DNA of 64,000 bases from Escherichia coli (lineage in GTDB: Bacteria; Pseudomonadota; Gammaproteobacteria; Enterobacterales; Enterobacteriaceae): assembly GCF_001677475.2 (NCBI RefSeq), contig NZ_CP015229.1; one strand, 5' to 3'. A program made the translations under genes and the position numbers. The notes under the pieces are model-generated. The model was not told the origin of the DNA and made no database searches. It worked only from the letters and a program-made list of their open reading frames with translations. How positions within the stretch are numbered: position 1 is the stretch's first letter; each line of letters begins with the position of its first letter. This document shows, one piece after another, positions 60,340 to 64,000 of the stretch.

Positions 60340-60885
60340 TTATCTGCCAACGTAACTATTTCACCCGCAGTATGCTCAAAACGTTCAGACTCAAGTTCAA
60401 CGCTTAACGCCATGCCCCCAAGTGCCAGCGCTGCTTTTATTATGGAGCCTGATCCCATGAAAAAGTCGGCAACCAAATCTCCCGGACGCAAACAGAATGC
60501 GCTCTGTTGCCGGGAAATACGCCCGCAGGCTTTCCTTGTTGCACCCGTTCCAGCGCCCGGACAGCTTCGCCCAGATAATGTGGTTCAGCACATTAAAGCG
60601 CTCACGCATCATGATTTCGATATCAGATGCCAGGCGATGACCACAGAACAGGTAAAGACTTCCGGCGGGTTTTAATACCCACCAGAACTGCGCCAGACAC
60701 TGATCCAGCCATTTCAGGTAATCATCGTCGCCCTTCCACTGGTTATCCCAGCCCTCGGGCTTCACTTTAAAGTATGGCGGGTCTGTGACTATCAGATCGA
60801 CAGAGTTTTCCGGTAAGGTCTGGATAAATTCCAGGAAATCAGCGTTGATTAACTCGCAGCTGGATATTTTTACAGTATTAGCCAT
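60340..60885 (-). pseudogene. DNA N6-adenine/N4-cytosine methyltransferase, frameshifted
   Basis: DPPY motif in called ORF (60397-60885); FFMGSGS motif and C-terminus in another frame ending at 60340. Confidence 0.6.
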
Positions 60886-61035
60886 AGATCAATAAGCACT
60901 TCTCTGATAGGCTCATACCGCTTTTGCGCAAAGCAGATGGGCCTGAGGTTTGCTTGTGACCCCAACGCATGAGCAGATGGCTGGCAGGTGCCGCTAACAC
61001 CCACCAGCCGCCCATTACCACAAATTAAAAAGCCT

Positions 61036-61233
61036 TCACTGCGGAAGGCGTCTGTAACAACCGAACTGATAATCTGCCAGACCCGCCATAACAAGCTGAG
61101 TCAGTATTAACTGGCAGCGCTCGCGTGAAAGGTAAGTATTCTGCGCAATCTCCCCGACGGTCGCCGGTTCGGTGACGCTTAATTCATTAAACACCACTCT
61201 GGCGGTTTCGGTCATATCCTGCTGTTTTAGCAT
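61036..61233 (-). CDS. hypothetical small winged-helix DNA-binding protein (PapI/FaeA-like by pattern)
   Basis: ORF 61036-61326; start placed at MLKQQDMTETARV (66 aa) with AAGGGA RBS. Confidence 0.4.
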   Translation of the reverse strand: MLKQQDMTETARVVFNELSVTEPATVGEIAQNTYLSRERCQLILTQLVMAGLADYQFGCYRRLPQ

Positions 61234-61354
61234 GTCTTTTTCCCTTTTCTGGTTAACGTGACATACCAATAACTCTTGTCGAAAAAGCCAGCAAGCAGAA
61301 AGACCAGTATTAATAACCACCAGCACATTTAACGCACTGCGCTACTTTGCGGGC

Positions 61355-61381
61355 ACAAAAAACCCGCTCAGAGGAGGCGGG
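61355..61381 (-). terminator. intrinsic terminator downstream of CPBP gene
   Basis: minus strand CCCGCCTCCTCTGAGCGGG hairpin followed by TTTTTTGTG. Confidence 0.55.
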
Positions 61382-61521
61382 TTCAGGCTATGCAGTGAAA
61401 TAACCACTCTTAAAAGCATACATGATTTTTTACGTACGTAAATGCTTTGCCGTGCATATTTTTCATGCAAATGTCACATACTGCTATTTTCAGTGTTATA
61501 AATTTAAAGCCATAGAAAAAA

Positions 61522-62346
61522 TCAATTATGTTTTAAGAATGGATAGGTAAAGAATAACAAGTGACACAGATTCAGACCAAAATGGAAAAGGGTTGCCACC
61601 CACAAGCGCCCACTCCACATCCATGACAATCCATACACAACACCAGATAACGTGGCAAATAATACAAGTAAAGCACCACCTGAATAGTGATAAAAACCAA
61701 ACAACAAAGACGCCACAATTAACGCAACCAATGGAGACGTCACTTCTGATAGCCGTGATTGAATATACCCTCTAAATAATGACTCCTCTGCCAGAGACAC
61801 AAAAAACAAATTAGCCAATATAAACTCTGGCAACCACTCTGGAAAATGAATCTCTGGCTTTAACCCACCAAAAAAAACAGCCAAAAACAGGATAAGAGGA
61901 ACAGAGAGCAACAGAGCCGCCCATTTCCACAAAGACACTTCTGATTTCACTTCTTTTTTAAAAAAAGAAGCTGTACACAGGACTAACAAAAATGGCACCA
62001 GCGCTTTATCAAAATTAAAATACATTGTATAGGGAGTGCTTTGAGGTCCGACAGTGACAGACTTTAGCACTACAGGATTGTGAAACCCTGGCCATAAATG
62101 AAAAGATAATGCTATGGCTGATAAAACTATGCCAGCTTCATATATGGATTTAGCCCAGGCGTTATATTTCCAGTTGAACTTCAAAATAATAAAAAAAACG
62201 ATTGTAGCAACAAAAAACAACACCGGCCAATCAATAATATCATTAAGCACAGCCAGGACAACAGACACCGTCAACAATGAAAAAGCCACTACCTTATGCC
62301 AACTGAGAGTTGACAGTGACAGTGCTAACACAATCCACATAAACAC
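61522..62346 (-). CDS. CPBP-family (CAAX protease / Abi-domain) intramembrane metalloprotease
   Basis: 274-aa polytopic ORF with EESLFRGY and FGFYHY motifs; visibly AT-rich. Confidence 0.7.
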   Translation of the reverse strand: MFMWIVLALSLSTLSWHKVVAFSLLTVSVVLAVLNDIIDWPVLFFVATIVFFIILKFNWKYNAWAKSIYEAGIVLSAIALSFHLWPGFHNPVVLKSVTVGPQSTPYTMYFNFDKALVPFLLVLCTASFFKKEVKSEVSLWKWAALLLSVPLILFLAVFFGGLKPEIHFPEWLPEFILANLFFVSLAEESLFRGYIQSRLSEVTSPLVALIVASLLFGFYHYSGGALLVLFATLSGVVYGLSWMWSGRLWVATLFHFGLNLCHLLFFTYPFLKHN

Positions 62347-62494
62347 TCCTTTTATTTAATGATGAAGATTGATTATCAATATTTTCAATTCACCTGGCAA
62401 CATTTTGTTTACCTTCCATAAAATTCATGACCATCAAAAAAATAAACATATTAATTATAAACACAGAAAACATAACCCTCGTCACTATATATCC

Positions 62495-62869
62495 CTACCG
62501 CATATCCATATCTAACCGGACATTCAGAGCCATAAGCATTCCTTCAATAATACCTTCAGCTTTATAAAGTCTTTTACCAATAAGCCCATCAGAACATCTA
62601 TGCTTACGTGCAAGAGCCATAAATGTCATTCCACCTACGTAATAATCGACCAACAAATCGTGCAAATACTGATTATTCTTGTTTAATCGTGCCATACAGC
62701 CACAAATTATCATGGCGTCATCATCAGAACACTGAGGACGTGATTTCACTTTAGTTGGGATTAATCCTTTAAAACCAGCAGCTATCGAGGACCATGTTAC
62801 ATCTTCATGATTATTTGCTGCCCATGCTCCCCACCGCTCCATAACCAGCTGAATATCACGCAACATCAT
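62495..62869 (-). CDS. late-gene antiterminator Q
   Basis: 124-aa ORF downstream of rusA; resembles 127-aa Q proteins of E. coli lambdoid prophages ([24 protein letters not shown]...). Confidence 0.75.
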   Translation of the reverse strand: MMLRDIQLVMERWGAWAANNHEDVTWSSIAAGFKGLIPTKVKSRPQCSDDDAMIICGCMARLNKNNQYLHDLLVDYYVGGMTFMALARKHRCSDGLIGKRLYKAEGIIEGMLMALNVRLDMDMR

Positions 62870-63227
62870 TACATCCTCTTATTACGAATATATTCACGCC
62901 CAGTCGCCCACCGCAAACAGGCAGACCATGCACAATATTGATTTCATCAAACTGCTCGTCGTCTATAAGCAGCCCCGCATGTGTCAGCGCATCCAGCAGT
63001 GCTTTCAGGATATTGTCCAGGTCACGACGGCGCTTATCCGGTGGATCTGCAATAATCTTTATCGCCAGCCTTCCGGACAGGTTTAATTTCAACCGCTGCT
63101 GGCGAACAATGAGCACCACATCACGGCGATAACGCTCACCGGCTTTTGATACAAAATATGTGCTGCCATAACGTCGCCAGTAGGTGTTCACCGTCGGCGG
63201 GTAAGGCAAAACAAACTCTATACGCAT
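62856..63227 (-). CDS. rusA: Holliday junction resolvase RusA
   Basis: 123-aa [20 protein letters not shown]...; overlaps Q start. Confidence 0.85.
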   Translation of the reverse strand: MRIEFVLPYPPTVNTYWRRYGSTYFVSKAGERYRRDVVLIVRQQRLKLNLSGRLAIKIIADPPDKRRRDLDNILKALLDALTHAGLLIDDEQFDEINIVHGLPVCGGRLGVNIFVIRGCNDVA

Positions 63228-63239
63228 CAGTAACCTCTT

Positions 63240-63947
63240 TTACCCAAGCACGCCGGTTGCAAAGGCGTGATCAAGAAAACGAAAAATTAAATCAATCTGG
63301 GAACCATGGTTTTCTTCGAACGCCAGCAGATCCGCATGAAGTTCGTTGTGATGCTCCCGGCACAGCGGTAGTGTAAAAATATCGTGGGCCTTTGTTCCCA
63401 TTCCGCCCTGACCATGACCAATCAGGTGATGGGGATCGTCGGCTGGCTTACCACAACACGCACACGGCTGTGTCTTTACCCAGCGCGTGTATTTCTCATT
63501 TACCCAGCGGCGACGTTTAGGTCGCCTCATGAACGATTCAGGAGACTCCGGATCAACGGCGATACTGACAACCGTTTTTTTCTGTGGTGGATTTTGTTGC
63601 TGGTGGACGTGAAGTGGCAGCGCAATATTTTTTGTGCGCTGCTTCAGTATGCTGGTGGCTGTCGGTTCTCCCGGTATGATGTCGCTCTCGCGGTACACCG
63701 AGCAAATTTTCTCTGCACGTAACCCCAGAGAACGACGTAATACTGTCTCCGGTAGCGCGTCCGCCACCTGATTGCAGACCGCCCACCAGGATAATTCAGC
63801 CAAAGATAATTCACGCTCCTGCGTACCGCTTATTGCGTGACCGATGACGTCAATCATCCATGCTGACAGGTTTTGATGAGCAAGTTGCTCGAGTGATTCG
63901 GATGTCTGGTCACGCAGCTGGTTGTCGCAGTGCCAGCACAACACCAT
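63240..63947 (-). CDS. nin-region protein with C-terminal Cys/His-rich (HNH/zinc-finger-like) motif
   Basis: 235-aa ORF; motif CACCGKP...DPHHLIGHG...PLCREHHNELH; family assignment uncertain. Confidence 0.55.
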   Translation of the reverse strand: MVLCWHCDNQLRDQTSESLEQLAHQNLSAWMIDVIGHAISGTQERELSLAELSWWAVCNQVADALPETVLRRSLGLRAEKICSVYRESDIIPGEPTATSILKQRTKNIALPLHVHQQQNPPQKKTVVSIAVDPESPESFMRRPKRRRWVNEKYTRWVKTQPCACCGKPADDPHHLIGHGQGGMGTKAHDIFTLPLCREHHNELHADLLAFEENHGSQIDLIFRFLDHAFATGVLG

Positions 63948-64000
63948 TGCGCCGGTACCATAACGGTGAATGACGGTTTCGCTGTGATGATAATCGCCGT

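Noticed and set aside
60870-61094. 74-aa minus-strand ORF between the methylase and the winged-helix ORF
   Set aside because: Overlaps the methyltransferase start region, lacks an RBS and has an odd composition; probably spurious.

Overview
Enterobacterial (E. coli-like) chromosome in two parts. Positions 1-29036 are a conserved core segment: the flagellar fliF(partial)-fliGHIJK and fliLMNOPQR operons, rcsA, dsrB, yodD, the sRNA dsrA, yedP, dgcQ, yodC, yedI, yedA, vsr-dcm, yedJ, yedR, an intact OmpC-family porin, hchA, hprSR, hiuH, msrPQ, zinT and yodB. Gene names are from recognising the translated products, not from a database search. At 29037-29098 sits a 62-nt 3' fragment of tRNA-Ser (serU), which I read as the att-core duplicate marking one end of a lambdoid prophage that runs to the window end and beyond. 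The prophage shows (minus strand, high to low coordinate) a nin-region protein, rusA, antiterminator Q, an accessory island, two phage tRNAs, a second accessory island, pinholin, a two-gene insert, SAR-endolysin, Rz/Rz1, cos, terminase, portal, protease-capsid fusion, a full lambda-like tail module, lom, stf, tfa, an IS21-family insertion and an ORF6N gene. The best candidates for an undescribed system are the accessory genes between Q and the lysis genes and the insert that splits the lysis cassette; none could be assigned a function from sequence alone, so all are hypotheses. No CRISPR array or rRNA was seen.
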